Position numbers and translations under genes: made by a program
Source: Hemiscyllium ocellatum
Lineage: Eukaryota
Assembly (NCBI RefSeq): GCF_020745735.1
Contig: NC_083409.1
Span: forward strand, 9,475,534-9,539,533
Length of the DNA: 64,000 nt
Direction of reading: 5' to 3'
The notes under the pieces: model-generated
The model's input: the letters and a program-made list of their open reading frames with translations, nothing else
Told to the model about the DNA's origin: nothing
The model's database searches: none
Part shown: in pieces, positions 1 to 11,389 of the stretch
Layout: every line of letters begins with the position of its first letter
Numbering within the stretch: position 1 is the first letter of the stretch

Positions 1-45
1 AAAACGTTTCAAACTTTGAGCATCTTTTGAGATCACTTGTACTGA

Positions 46-214
46 TTCAGAACTTCAGAACACTCTCTCTGTTTCTCCTTCAGAACTCTCTCTCTCTGTC
101 TGTCTCTCTCTCTCTCCTGCAGACCTTTGTCTCTCCTTCAGAACTCTCTCTCTCTGTCTCTTTCTCTCTCCTTCAGAACTCTCTCTCTCTCCTTCAGAAC
201 TCTCTCTCTCTCTC
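46..214. repeat. Compound CT-rich tandem repeat (TTCAGAAC anchors separated by (TC)n tracts)
   Basis: Recurrent TTCAGAAC followed by variable CT tracts; the ORFs here are low-complexity (LSLSLS / RERER). Confidence 0.85.
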
Positions 215-313
215 CCCATATGACAGGAACCTCTTTTTCTCCCTCCTTTCTCACCACTCCTGATCATTTCTGTTGCTTGTGCTTCTGTTTGTTAATTTTC
301 CCAAATGTTTCTC

Positions 314-3300
314 TTTTTTTAGTAAATATTTATTGAAAAAATATTATCTTATAATAGAGTAATGTGAATAAACTGCCAGCTGTTGGTCAAGATACAGTTG
401 CCTCATATTTGCTTAACTTAAAACAAATCAGCACAAACTCAAATAAAATAAAATAACATTAAATTTAATTACAATCCACTAAAATTAAATTGCACGGCAC
501 TGTACTATATTACATGACTCCACTCGCCGCACCCTCCATCAAGTCTCCCGTCCACAGGAGCAACAGTGATTATACCTGTATTTACTACAACTTCCCCCCA
601 CTAACTCCCTAAGGTCCCCTGACCACCACATACAGCCCTCGTGCCGATATAAAGGCCCTAATCAGTACTGCTGACAGTTTCATGTTGATGTAATTTAGAA
701 AGGGCCGCCATGTCTTAGAAAATTGCTCCATTCCGTGGTTCCCCATACTGTCAGGTAATCTTGTGGGACGTGCTCCATCACAAGTCTGTGCCACCCTGAA
801 AGACCTGGAGGCTTTGCTGATATTCAATTCATTAGGATGTCCTTCCTCACACAATGTGTAAGAATGTTGAATAACCTCTTCCCGTGCTCACCCAAAGAGA
901 GAAGTTTCGGTCGTTCCCAAAAGGGGGGACACCAGATCCTCCCAAACTTCCATTCCCAGGATTGTCTCCAGCTCATTCACTATGGCCCCCCAGGATCCGC
1001 GGATCTTGTAACAGGACCAAAAGCAATGTGTAATCCCTAACCTGGAAATAACGGAAATGGTCCCAATCAGTGATTCCCTATTTCTGACCTAAATGGCTAA
1101 AAGACATCAAGACATCTCCCTCAAATAAATCTCCCAGACAGGGGATTACTTTACGTTCCCATGCTCTGAAGCCAGAGTCCTTTGATCCCAGTCTAAATCC
1201 TGGGGGTCCCACTAACGGGTTGAACGGCAAATTGCCCCCACCCTGCCGCATTATTCTCCATGCTTTACTGTATTTATGATAATCAGACTTTCACAATGCG
1301 CACCTACCGATCTCATCTTATCCATGAATAGTAAGTTTCTGAAGGGATACCTCGCCTGCGAGGCCTCTACATCAAACCATATCGACTTTGAGTCATTACG
1401 CACCCATTCACCTACATATAGCAACAGGGTGCCAATTTGACATCTCTTCTGATCTGGGAGGTCCACCACTCCCTCTTATCCTGCGAAAGTTGCAACTTGG
1501 TAAATTTAATTAAGTTGCGCTGACAGTGCCAAATAAATGATCCAAGCCATTCCGCAAACCCCCGCAGCACCTGGTTGGGTAATAACAAAGGGAGCATCCT
1601 CACAGGATAGAACCACCAAGGAACAACATTCACTTTAATCAAGGCTATACAGCCGAACCATGATCTGGGCATTCCCTCCCATCGCTGCAAGTCCTGCTTT
1701 ACCCTCTCAAACAGCGACGCAAGGTCAGCTCCATACAGTTGTGGGAAGTGAGGGGTAATAAAAATTCCCAGATAGGGAAAACCTTTCTGTGACCATCTAA
1801 AAGGAAACTCCATTCCATCCTCCAGTTTCAGTACCTGCACCAATCCCCCCACAGGCAGGACTTCCGATTTTGGAAAATTTATTCTGTATCACAAAAAGCT
1901 GTCGAATAATTTAATGCTTTGTATTAGCTGGGGTAAGGGCTTTTCGGGGTTAGCTACAAACAGAAGGACATTGTCCACATTGAGAGTGATTTTTGTTTCC
2001 CCAACTCCTACCTTCGGTGCTGTTATTTCAGGGTCTTTTCAGACACTCTCTGCCAGTGGTTCAAGTATCAAGGAAAACAGTAGCAATAACAGGGGACATC
2101 CCTGTCGGCTGCCCCTCCCCACACCAAAGTTCCTCAATTTAACCCCATTCGTGATAACCGCCACCTTGGGGTCTTTATATAACACTGCCACCCACCTGGC
2201 GAAGGCCCCTCCCACACCAAAACGATCGAGAACAGCAAAGAGATACGAGCGCTTTTTTCCACCCAATTAAAAGCCTTTTCTGCCTCCAGGGAGACCAGCA
2301 AACCCGGAATCATTCTCTGCTGACATAGTTGAACTATGTGCAATACCCGCCTGATATTGTTGGAGGAGCTGCGGCCTGTGATAAAACCCATCTGCTCCTC
2401 TTTTATAAAAACAGGCAGCACCTTCTCCAGTCTCAGAACTGACACCTTTGATAGAATTTTGAAATCCACATTCAACAACGAGATGGGTCTATACAATGCA
2501 CAATCCTCAGGGTCTTTCTCTTTGTTTAAAGTAAGGGAGATATTAGCCTCTGTAAGAGAAGGTGGAAGACAGCCCTGGCCATAGGAATGACTATACAGCT
2601 CCAGCAGTGGTTCAGCTACATGTGTATGAACTCCTTGTAAAATCCACATGGGAATCTGTCTGGACCAGGTGCTGTACCACCTTGGAGCTGCCTTAACGCC
2701 TCTTGCACCTCCTGTACTGTCAGAGGGAGGCCTGATCTGCATTTATACCAGGGAAGGCCAAGTTTTCAAAAAAAGGATTCCATTCTCACTTCTCCATCCC
2801 CACAGCCCTCTGACCGGTGTAACCCGGCATAGAAAGCCCGGAATCTGGCATCGATTGTCATCAGTTCACGAGTGACATTGCCAGTTCTCTCCCTGATAAA
2901 CACAATGGACTGTGGAGCACTTTCCTTCCTAGCCAGGTAAACCAAGGATCTACCTCGCTTATCCCCATATTCAAACAGCCTTTGCTTTGCAAAGGACACC
3001 CCTCTCTTTGCCACTTGTGTGAGCGCTGAGTCCAGAGCAGCCCGGAGAGCCGTGACCCATTGTAATCTGACCCCGGGTGGTCTGGGGTAATGTGCCGATT
3101 TGGCTGCCTTCAGCCGGGCCTCAAGTATCAGCTGCTGCTGTCCTCTCTGCCTCCTTCTCATTGTCAAGTGTGAAATAGGTGGTCTCCCAGAGCACTGATG
3201 GGTTACTGGCCATAGCCCGATTGATGTCCCAAAATACCTTGAACTCCCTTGTGATATGCTGTACAGAGTTGACATCCTTCAACAGAAACGGATTTGTGCG

Positions 3301-4179
3301 ACATTGTTGTGTGTCTACTCCACTACCTTTGGTCTTAACACCGAAATATACTGCCAGATGGTCCGAAATAGTTACGTCCCCAATCCTGCAGGCTAACACC
3401 AAGTCCAAACAAGCCGATGGAACAAAGAACATTTCAATTCTTGTGTGGCACTTGGGCAGGTTGGAGTAAAAGGTAAAGTCCCTCCCATTCGGGTAGGGGC
3501 ACCTCCACACATCCACCAATCTCAACTCCTCGCACAAGTCCACTAACTGTCTAGTCTGCAGAGGTGTACCCGACAGCCCCCTTTGCATCCTGTCCACCCC
3601 AGGGTCCATGAGACATAGGTCTCCTCCTATAAACATACAGCGCACCCCAAGAGCCATTAACTTAAAGACTGCATTAATTAAAAATTTGAGAGGATGTGCC
3701 GCGGGACAGTAAACGTTCAGGATGCCATACTCTTCTCTTTGTACCACAGCCTTGAGAATAATGAACCATCCATGCTCATCCTTGGTTTGATCGATCACCT
3801 GAAATGAGAGGTTCCTTCGTACCAATATGGCCACTCCTCTGCATTTGGAGTTGAAAGAGGAGAAGAATACCCTATCATATCCCCCTCCTGTTGTAACTTC
3901 AGATGTTCCCTGTCAGTCAAAAGCATATCTTGCAGTGGAGCGATGTCAACCCTTCCCTTTTTAAGATTTGTGAGCACCTTTTTCCTTTTAATGGGGGAAT
4001 GACTCCCCGTTATATTCCAGGTGCACCACCTGAACAGATCACTAGCCATGACCTCACACTGCAGCCCGCAGTCACCCCCGAGAGGAAGGAGCCCATTCAA
4101 TATGCAACGAGTGGGAAAGAAACAACACAGACTTTATCAAATCTTAAGCCAATTTCGACAAACACCACCAAAACAACTT
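314..4179 (-). mobile_element. Degenerate L1-clade LINE, ORF2 and 3' part (older subfamily)
   Basis: Frameshifted minus-strand fragments align to the ORF2 at 33573: 3795-4100 (RWCTWNITG, APE start, ATG at 4049), 3121-3834, 2766-3275, 2134-2742 (YRPISLLNVDFKILSK), 2039-2266, 1412-1852, 1251-1469, 609-854. AATAAA (329-334, minus) and A7 tail (314-320). Confidence 0.9.
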
Positions 4180-5974
4180 AAGACTAAAATTGGGCCCTTG
4201 AAGACAGATATAGGGGAATATATTACGGAGAACAAAGAAATGGCAGAAGAATTGAATTGGTACTACAGATCTGTGTTCACTGGGGAAGACACAAACAATC
4301 TCCCTGAGGTAACAGTGGCTGAAGGACCTGAACTTAAGGGAATTTATATTTGCCAGGAATTGGTGTTGGAGAGACTGTTAGGTCTGAAGGTTGATAAGTC
4401 CCCGGGGCCTGATGGTCTACATCCCAGGGTACTGAAGGAAGTGGCTCGAGAAATTGTGGAAGCGTTGGTGATTATTTTCCAGATTTCGATAGATTCAGGA
4501 TCAGTTACTGCGGATTGGAGGGTGGCTAATGTTGTGCCACTTTTTAAGAAAGGTGGGAGAGAGAAAGCAGGAGATTATTGACAAGTTAGTCTGACCTCAG
4601 TGGTGGGAAAGATGCTGGAGTCTATTGCACAGGATGAAATTACGAAACATCTGGATAGTAGTAACAGGGTAGGTCAGAATCAGCATGGATTTATGAAGGG
4701 GAAATCATGCTTGACTAATCTTCTGGAATTTTTTGAGGATGTAACTCTGAAGATGGACGAGGGAGATGCAGTAGATATAGTGTACCTGGACTTTCAGAAA
4801 GCTTTTGATAAAGTCCCACATTGGAGGTTAGTGAGCAAAATTAGGGTGCATGGAATTCAGGGCAAAGTACTAACTTGGATTGAAAGTTGATTGGACGACA
4901 GGATACAAAGAGTCGTGATAGACGGCTCCATTTTGGAATGGCAGGCAGTGACCAGTGGGGTACCGCAGGGATCAGTGCTGGGACTGCAGGTTTTCACAAT
5001 TTATATTAATGATATAGAAGATGGTATCAGTCATAACATTAACAAATTTGCTGATGATGCTTACCTGTGTGGCACAGTGAAATGTGAGGAGTATGTTAGG
5101 AGATTACAGGGTGACCTGGACAGGTTAGGTGAGTGGTCAGATGCATGGCAGCTGCAGTTCAATGTGGATAAATGTATGGTCATCCACTTTGGTGGCAAGA
5201 ACAGGAAGGCAGATTACTGCCTACATGGAATCAATTTAGGTAAAGGGGCAGTACAAAGAGATCTGGGTGTTCTTGTACACCTGTCAATGAAGGTAAGCAT
5301 GCAGGTACAGCAGGCAGTGAAGAAGGCTAATAGCATGCTGGCCTTCATAAGAAGAGGGATTGAGTATAGAAGCAAAGAGGTTCTTCTGCAGCTGTACAGG
5401 GCCCTGGTGAGAACACACCTGGAGTATTTTGTGCAGTTCTGGTCTGCAAACTTGAGGAAAGACATTCTGGCTATTGAGGGAGTGCAGCGTAGGTTCACGA
5501 GGTTAATTCCTGGAATGGCAGGACTACCTTACGCTGAAAGACTGGAGCGACTGGGCTTGTATACCCTTGAGTTTAGAAGGCTGAGAGGGGATCTGATTGA
5601 GACATATAAGATTATGAAAGGATTGGATACTCTGAAGGCAGGAAACATGTTTCTGCTGATGGGTGAGTGCCAAACCAGAGGACACAGCTTAAAATTACGG
5701 GGTAGACCATTTAGGACAGAGATGAGGAGAAACTTCTTCACCCAGAGAGTGGTGGCTGTGTGGAATGCTCTGCCCCAGAGGGCAGTGGAGTCCCAGTCTC
5801 TGGATTCATTGAAGAAAGAGTTGGATAGAGCTCTCAAGGATAGTGGAATCAAGGGTTATGGAGATAAGGCAGGAACAGGATACTGATTAAGGATGATCAG
5901 CCATGGTCATATTGAATGGTGGTGCAGGCTCGAAGGGCAGAATGGCCTACTCCTGCACCTATTGTCTATTGTCT
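4180..5974 (+). mobile_element. 5'-truncated CR1 LINE (RT region and 3' tail) nested in the old L1
   Basis: ORFs 4021-4581, 4600-4890 and 4891-5886 share one frame broken by two stops; KSPGPDG, QHGF, YLDFQKAFDKV, GVPQGSVLG and KFADD motifs; ends in ATTGTCT repeats. Confidence 0.92.
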
Positions 5975-7183
5975 AAAAATCTAACCACTACTCCTAATGT
6001 CAACAAATAAACACAAAAAACACAAATTTCCAGAGATCCACCCCTTGCCCATTGGGGCCATTCACTCCCAACCTCACAACCATCCCAGCACCTTCCAGTT
6101 AAGGCCGCGCCCCAAACCCAAACAAAGGGAAAAATAACATATTATTTCCACCCCGACAAGTTAACAACGGACACCCATCCCTCCCCCTTCTCATCTCATC
6201 CCCACACATCTTTACATCAAAGGATTAACCACCCTCACCCAGCAAATCAGAACAATAGAATAATTAAAAACCACCAAACAGATAGAATATAAAACATACC
6301 AGATCTCCCACTAAAGCAATACCAAGCCTACAAAGTGTGAGATCCAAAAGGAAAAAGATCAAAGAGAGAAGATTTTTAAAAACTACATTATGCCATTGTC
6401 CACACGCCTCTTTTCCTTCTTCCTTCTCGGTCAAAGTCTATCATTTCAGCGAATTCAAGAGTTCTTTTACTTTTTCCGTCAAGTCGAAGTTGTAGACAGC
6501 TCCCCCATAACTGAGACGTCGCACCGCCGGGTACCTCAGAGAGTATTCAATGTTGAATTTTGTTTTCTTGACATCATCAAAGATCTTTCTTTTCTTAATT
6601 ATGGCCCCAGAAAAGTCATGAAAAACATTATTTTCAAACCTTCATAAGCCAAAGCCTGTGGATCCCTTCCCAGTCTTCTGGCTGTTTCTATCATTAAATG
6701 CTTTTCCTTGTGATGCTGGAGTCGTGCTGGGCCGGCCCAGACCTACACATCACGATGCGGTGGACCCACTCCACACTCACCCGGCCCGACTTGATCTCCA
6801 GGCCCAGCTACTCCAGAGGCCACCGCTTGAGGAAATCAGCAAGGTTTTCACCTTCTACATGCTCAGGTAAGCCCAAGATCTGTTGATTTTTCTCTGACCT
6901 TGATTTTCGAGGTCGTCTACTTGTTCCTTCAAGGCCCGCCCCTTGGAGCTCTTCATTGTGGCCTCCAAGGCTTCGTTAGTAAATTCTGTTGCTGCACTGA
7001 ACTGAAGGGCGCTGCCACAGGGTTTGAGGTAACGGCTGCGGGCGTGCCCGACATAGTAGGGGAGTGCCCGGCTTGTCAGGGGAGACTAACAATGGGGGGA
7101 GGGGTAGGAATCCACCTTGCCTGGGGTATGGCACAGAGCCCAACACACCAGACTGTTCAGACTGCTGCCATCTTGAATCTCCT
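5975..7183 (-). mobile_element. Old L1 5' part (inter-ORF spacer, ORF1 remnant, 5' UTR)
   Basis: Minus strand reads DDLENQGQRKNQQILGLPEHVEG...VEWVHRI, homologous to ORF1 at 32081; 5' end GGAGATTCAAGATGGCAGC resembles the young L1 5' end. Confidence 0.8.
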
Positions 7184-7184
7184 A

Positions 7185-7640
7185 CACCCACTCTCTACTG
7201 ATCACATCCTCAAAAACTTCCAGAAGATGTGCCAGGCCTCATTTCCCTTTAGTAAATCTGTGATGACTTTGACCGATTCTGTCACTGCTTTCCAAATGCT
7301 CAGTTATTATATCTTTAATAACTGACTCCAGCGTTTTCCTCATGTCTAATTCCTCATTTGCACTCTCCCTCCTTTTATTAAAAAGTGGAGTTGCATTGGA
7401 TACTATCCAGTCCATTGGAACTCTGTCAAAGTCAACAGAATGTTGGTCACTTTCCACTAATGGGTCCACTATTTTGACACTTACTTTCTGAAGTACTCTG
7501 GGATGTAGAGCACCAGGCCCTGGGGACACATTAAGTTTTGATACCATCAGTCTCCCCAAGACCATTTCCTGACTAAAAAGGATTACCTTCAGTTCCTCCT
7601 TCACACGTGACTCTCTGTCCCCCTGCGTTTCCTTTCAACA
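7185..7640 (-). mobile_element. CR1 fragment
   Basis: ORF 7239-7604 (VSPGPGALHPRVL...IVSNATPLF) is a decayed CR1 ORF2 segment. Confidence 0.75.
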
Positions 7641-7799
7641 GGATGTATATCCTTGGAAATTTAGTTCCCAGCCCTGATCCCCTTGCAGCCATGTCCCTGC
7701 ACTGCAGGCTCATTTACCTTGTTTCATATACTCGATGCATCTAAGTACTGCACTCTCAGTCATGCATTACCTGCTTCCTTCTCATAGTTATCTCCTTTA

Positions 7800-8050
7800 G
7801 AAATCATAGAATACCGACAGTGTGGAAGCAGACCATTCAGCCCAGACTGACCCTCCAAGACGTATCCCACCCACCCTACCATTCCCATGGATAATCCTCC
7901 TATCCTACACATCTTTGTGTCAATGGGAGGAAACCCAAGTGGACACGGGGAGAATGTATAAACTCCACACAGACAGTCAGTTGGAATTGAGTCTGTGTCT
8001 GCGGAGCTGTGAGACAGCAGTGCTAACCACTGATCCACCATTCCACCCTG
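7800..8050 (-). mobile_element. HE1/V-SINE-like tRNA-derived SINE
   Basis: Minus strand TCAGTGGTTAGCACTGCTG...CTGTCTGTGTGGAGTTT...TTCTCCCCGTGT; same family as 12361 and 29140. Confidence 0.75.
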
Positions 8051-8489
8051 CGGGGCCTCAAGTTCAATTCCTGATCCTTTCCATACTCTCCATCCTATTG
8101 CTTAGTCTGGATACTTTAATAAAGTGTCCTGAGCCCCTACCTTCTTCAAACAGTTTAAATTTCTTGAAGCTTGATTTACCTTGGCTTGTGTGGTACCACT
8201 TTGTCTGCCTTATTCTGAATGGGTCATGCATTAAGAGACAAAGCCTTTAAGTTTGTTCTAGTATTGAGCTTCCCTACACTTTTAAGTTTCCTTAGTACAA
8301 TATGACATTTACAATATTCTAACCCTTCCTTTTATTTCCTGGTAACAATCAATCCCATCACTACCCAGTAATCCTCCCTTCTCCTTTAACTTACATTTTC
8401 TCATTCTCTATCCAACTCTTCCAGTTACTTTCTCTTTGAATCGTATTCAGGCTGATATTTATCCCTGAACAAACATCACTCAAAATGTT

Positions 8490-8620
8490 CCATGGTTCAT
8501 TGTTGCTTGTGGGATCTTGCTGTGCACAATCCAGCTTGCACATTTCCTATATTACAACAACAACCATATTTCAAACAAGTCCCGCACTGTCTGCAAATGT
8601 CTTTGGGACAGCATGAATCT
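8490..8620 (+). mobile_element. Deu-SINE/L2-type 3' tail remnant
   Basis: GTGGGATCTTGCTGTGCAC...TTTCC..ATT.CAACA; a homologous copy lies at about 25340-25470 (minus) at the equivalent position upstream of the other C exon. Confidence 0.5.
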
Positions 8621-9285
8621 TTCTTTTCATTGGATGAACTGGGAGTCTTTCAGATGTGAAAGATGCCTTTCCAATATTGTACAGTCCTCCTCCTGACAAA
8701 GTTCCTGCTTTGTCCCTTTTTTTTTGAATGGGTCTCATACATTCCTTCATTCTCTTGTTCTTTCGGTGATTATCAACATCACTGGGATTTCCTTGACTTC
8801 ATTTGATGTATTTCATCCTGTCAGCTCTTTGCTTTCACCCCTGCATTTCGTTTTTCAGCCCAGTTTTACCAAGTCACTGCTCAGTTCAGTAAAATGGTTT
8901 GTTCCCAAATGAAAACTTTTACACTTGTTGCACGGTTCTCCATTCCGATCCCTACTCTCAGTCTCACTGAGTTCTGATCCCTGTCACTGAAATGCTTCCC
9001 CATTGATAGCCCTTCCAGCTGCCCACATTCATTCTCTAAGCAATGGTCCAAAACTGTCCCTTTTCTTTCACCATCACCTTCTCAGGGGCAATTAGGGATG
9101 GGTAATAAATGCTGGCCCTGCCAGTGACACATCCCAAGAAGCAATTTTTAAAAATCCCTGTCCTTTTATGGGGTTTGTTAGGTATTGGATACAAGTGTTC
9201 AAACGGATTGTTTTATCAGTGAATGTTCAGAGAGTTGAAATCAGTTTGAATGGCAGGGAATAAAATTGTTTCTCTTGTATTTCAG

Positions 9286-9608
9286 GCCGTGAGAACTCTC
9301 AGCCCAAGCTGACCCTGCTGCCCCCCTCCCCGGAGCAGGTCAATGCCAAGGGCACTGCCACCCTGGTGTGCCTTGCCAATCACTTCTATCCCGATGAGCT
9401 GGAGTGGAAGAAGGACGGTGCAGTCATTTCGGACGGGGTTCAGACCAGCAACTACCTGCGAGCTTCGGACAGCACCTACAGTGTCAGCAGCCTGCTGACC
9501 CTCTCTGGGTCTGACTGGGAGTCCGACGCTCACTTCTCTTGTGCCCTCACCCATGTGACTCTCCCCTCTCCCCTCAGCAAGAGCATCAGGAGATCAGAAT
9601 GTGTATAG
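9286..9608 (+). CDS. IGKC: Ig light-chain constant exon, kappa (NS4/type III)-like; open frame with 2-codon deletion
   Basis: Pyrimidine tract and TTTCAG acceptor (9281-9285); (S)RENSQPKLTLLPPSPEQVNAKGTATLVCLANHFYPDELEWKKDG...FSCALTHVTLPSPLSKSIRRSECV*; both C1-set Cys, the Trp and the penultimate Cys are present. Confidence 0.93.
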
Positions 9609-10134
9609 AGTGTTCAAGACAGTCCACAGAGGAGACACAACTTTCAATAGAACTGGACTGAGCTGGTAGGTCAAAAGTCATTGTCAGCACTGAATTTCAA
9701 TTCTCTTCCTTCTCAGGACTGGCTCAGAGACACTTCTGAGGTTCAAGGGTTATGGCAGGTCATTGCGATCATCAAAAAGAAGCTTTACTCTGTATCAAAC
9801 CCCATGCTGTCCCTGTTCTGGGAGTGTTTGACTGGGGCAGTGATGTCCTGTGATGCCAACTCAAACCTCTCGAAAATGCTGAAGACTGTCAGCTGTACAA
9901 AACAATGTGAACCTCAGAAGTCTCTGTTTCAGTAAACCAGATCTCCTTCCTGCTCAGCCACCAGTTCCAAGTTCAGGTTTTGTCACTGTTTAAAGGGACA
10001 GGATTCTCATGTTGTTGAGAAAATCTCCACAAGTGTTTTCCTCAAACTCCATTGTGGCTGTGAATTTGTGCAGCTTCCTCTGTCTGGGCTGTTAATTGCA
10101 GTCTGCTTTCTGTCAATGTCAATCTGGAAAAGGG

Positions 10135-10140
10135 AATAAA
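10135..10140 (+). terminator. Probable poly(A) signal of the + strand IgL C gene
   Basis: AATAAA followed by GT-rich GTCTCTGTCTCTGTGTGCTTT; conserved in the paralogous 3' region (23145-23150), and homology between the copies ends about 50 bp later. Confidence 0.65.
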
Positions 10141-11389
10141 GATGAAGAAGATTCAGTCTCTGTCTCTGTGTGCTTTGGGAATGGCACGAGCTGAAGCCTC
10201 AGGGAAAGGGTGTGTGAAGTGTTAACCTCCACCCTCACGGCCTGGAGAAAGAGCGGGAGAATCGAGGGGGCAATGGGGTCCCCGGAGCAGGAGGGCAATG
10301 ATACCATTGTGTCCAGAAGGGGCACTTTCAGCAGGAATGCAGGGCCTCAAGGAAATCTTTCCCAATAGATGGGGAAAAGAAGGAAGGCAGGAGGGGACAA
10401 CGGGGAACACAATAATCTGATGGAAATTCTCCATCAACCCTCACCCATCCCTTAGGCACAGCAAGATCACAAGCCAAGAAATTCAAATCAACTGTTTAGG
10501 AGCCAGAGCCACTGGGAACCCTGTATTGATGAATATGACCGGCAGGATCTTGTTACACAGAATCACAATTCCACAGGGTTCGGGAAATAAATATTCTATA
10601 AATTAAACCTGAGTTTTCTTTACTCTTCCAATGAGATGGAATTGCGCCGTGTCCCTGGAGTCAGATTGAGAATGTTCAGTCTGGGGGAGTCTGGGAAGCA
10701 GAGAGTGACAACATTGAATTGCTTCTGGTGTCATCCTCTGCGCCCTAACGTTTCACAGTGCCAGCTCCACATCCTTCCATTGGCTTTGTCATTGAGAGGC
10801 AACAGTTCTCTTCCCACAGCCCTTTTTAAAATGCCCTGCCCAAGGAATCACTCAGACAGAGAATATTTCACCTTTTCTGGGAAGGGTGGAGAAATATTGG
10901 ATGTCGATGAGCTGCTCGCTAAGACTTCAGGGTCTGACAGAAGGATGTGTGTAGTCTGTGGATTCTGGAGACAGATCACTGAGATATTCCTCACTCCCAT
11001 CAACACCTGACTTTATTCTGACATCAGTGACTATTCTTCATTATAAAGTATCCCCCCCCTCCCCCCAGCCACAGTTTGAGGTAGGACAGTTCACACCCAG
11101 CCCCCATTTCCTCACATTAGAATCAAGAACCAAACTTGCCCCATCTCAGGATTGCCCTCTGAATGTGGTGTCAGTGTGTTAATGCTGTGTCTGAATGAAA
11201 GAGCCACAATAGAATCTGGGACTGAATCCAAAGGGTTTCTGAGTAGCCTCCCCACTGTGTGAGAGTCTGTCTGGATAAGATTTCAACCCCATGGGTTCCC
11301 ATTGATACTAGAGCCATGGAGTGAGATTGCTGGAGCCACATGTGGACTGAGGAACACAACAGTCAGGACAATGAACTGCTCTGGAATCC

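Noticed and set aside
1-9285. V or J segments for the + strand C exon
   Set aside because: No GGTTTTTGT-23-CACTGTG, FGxG motif or V frame was found by eye; they presumably lie left of the window.
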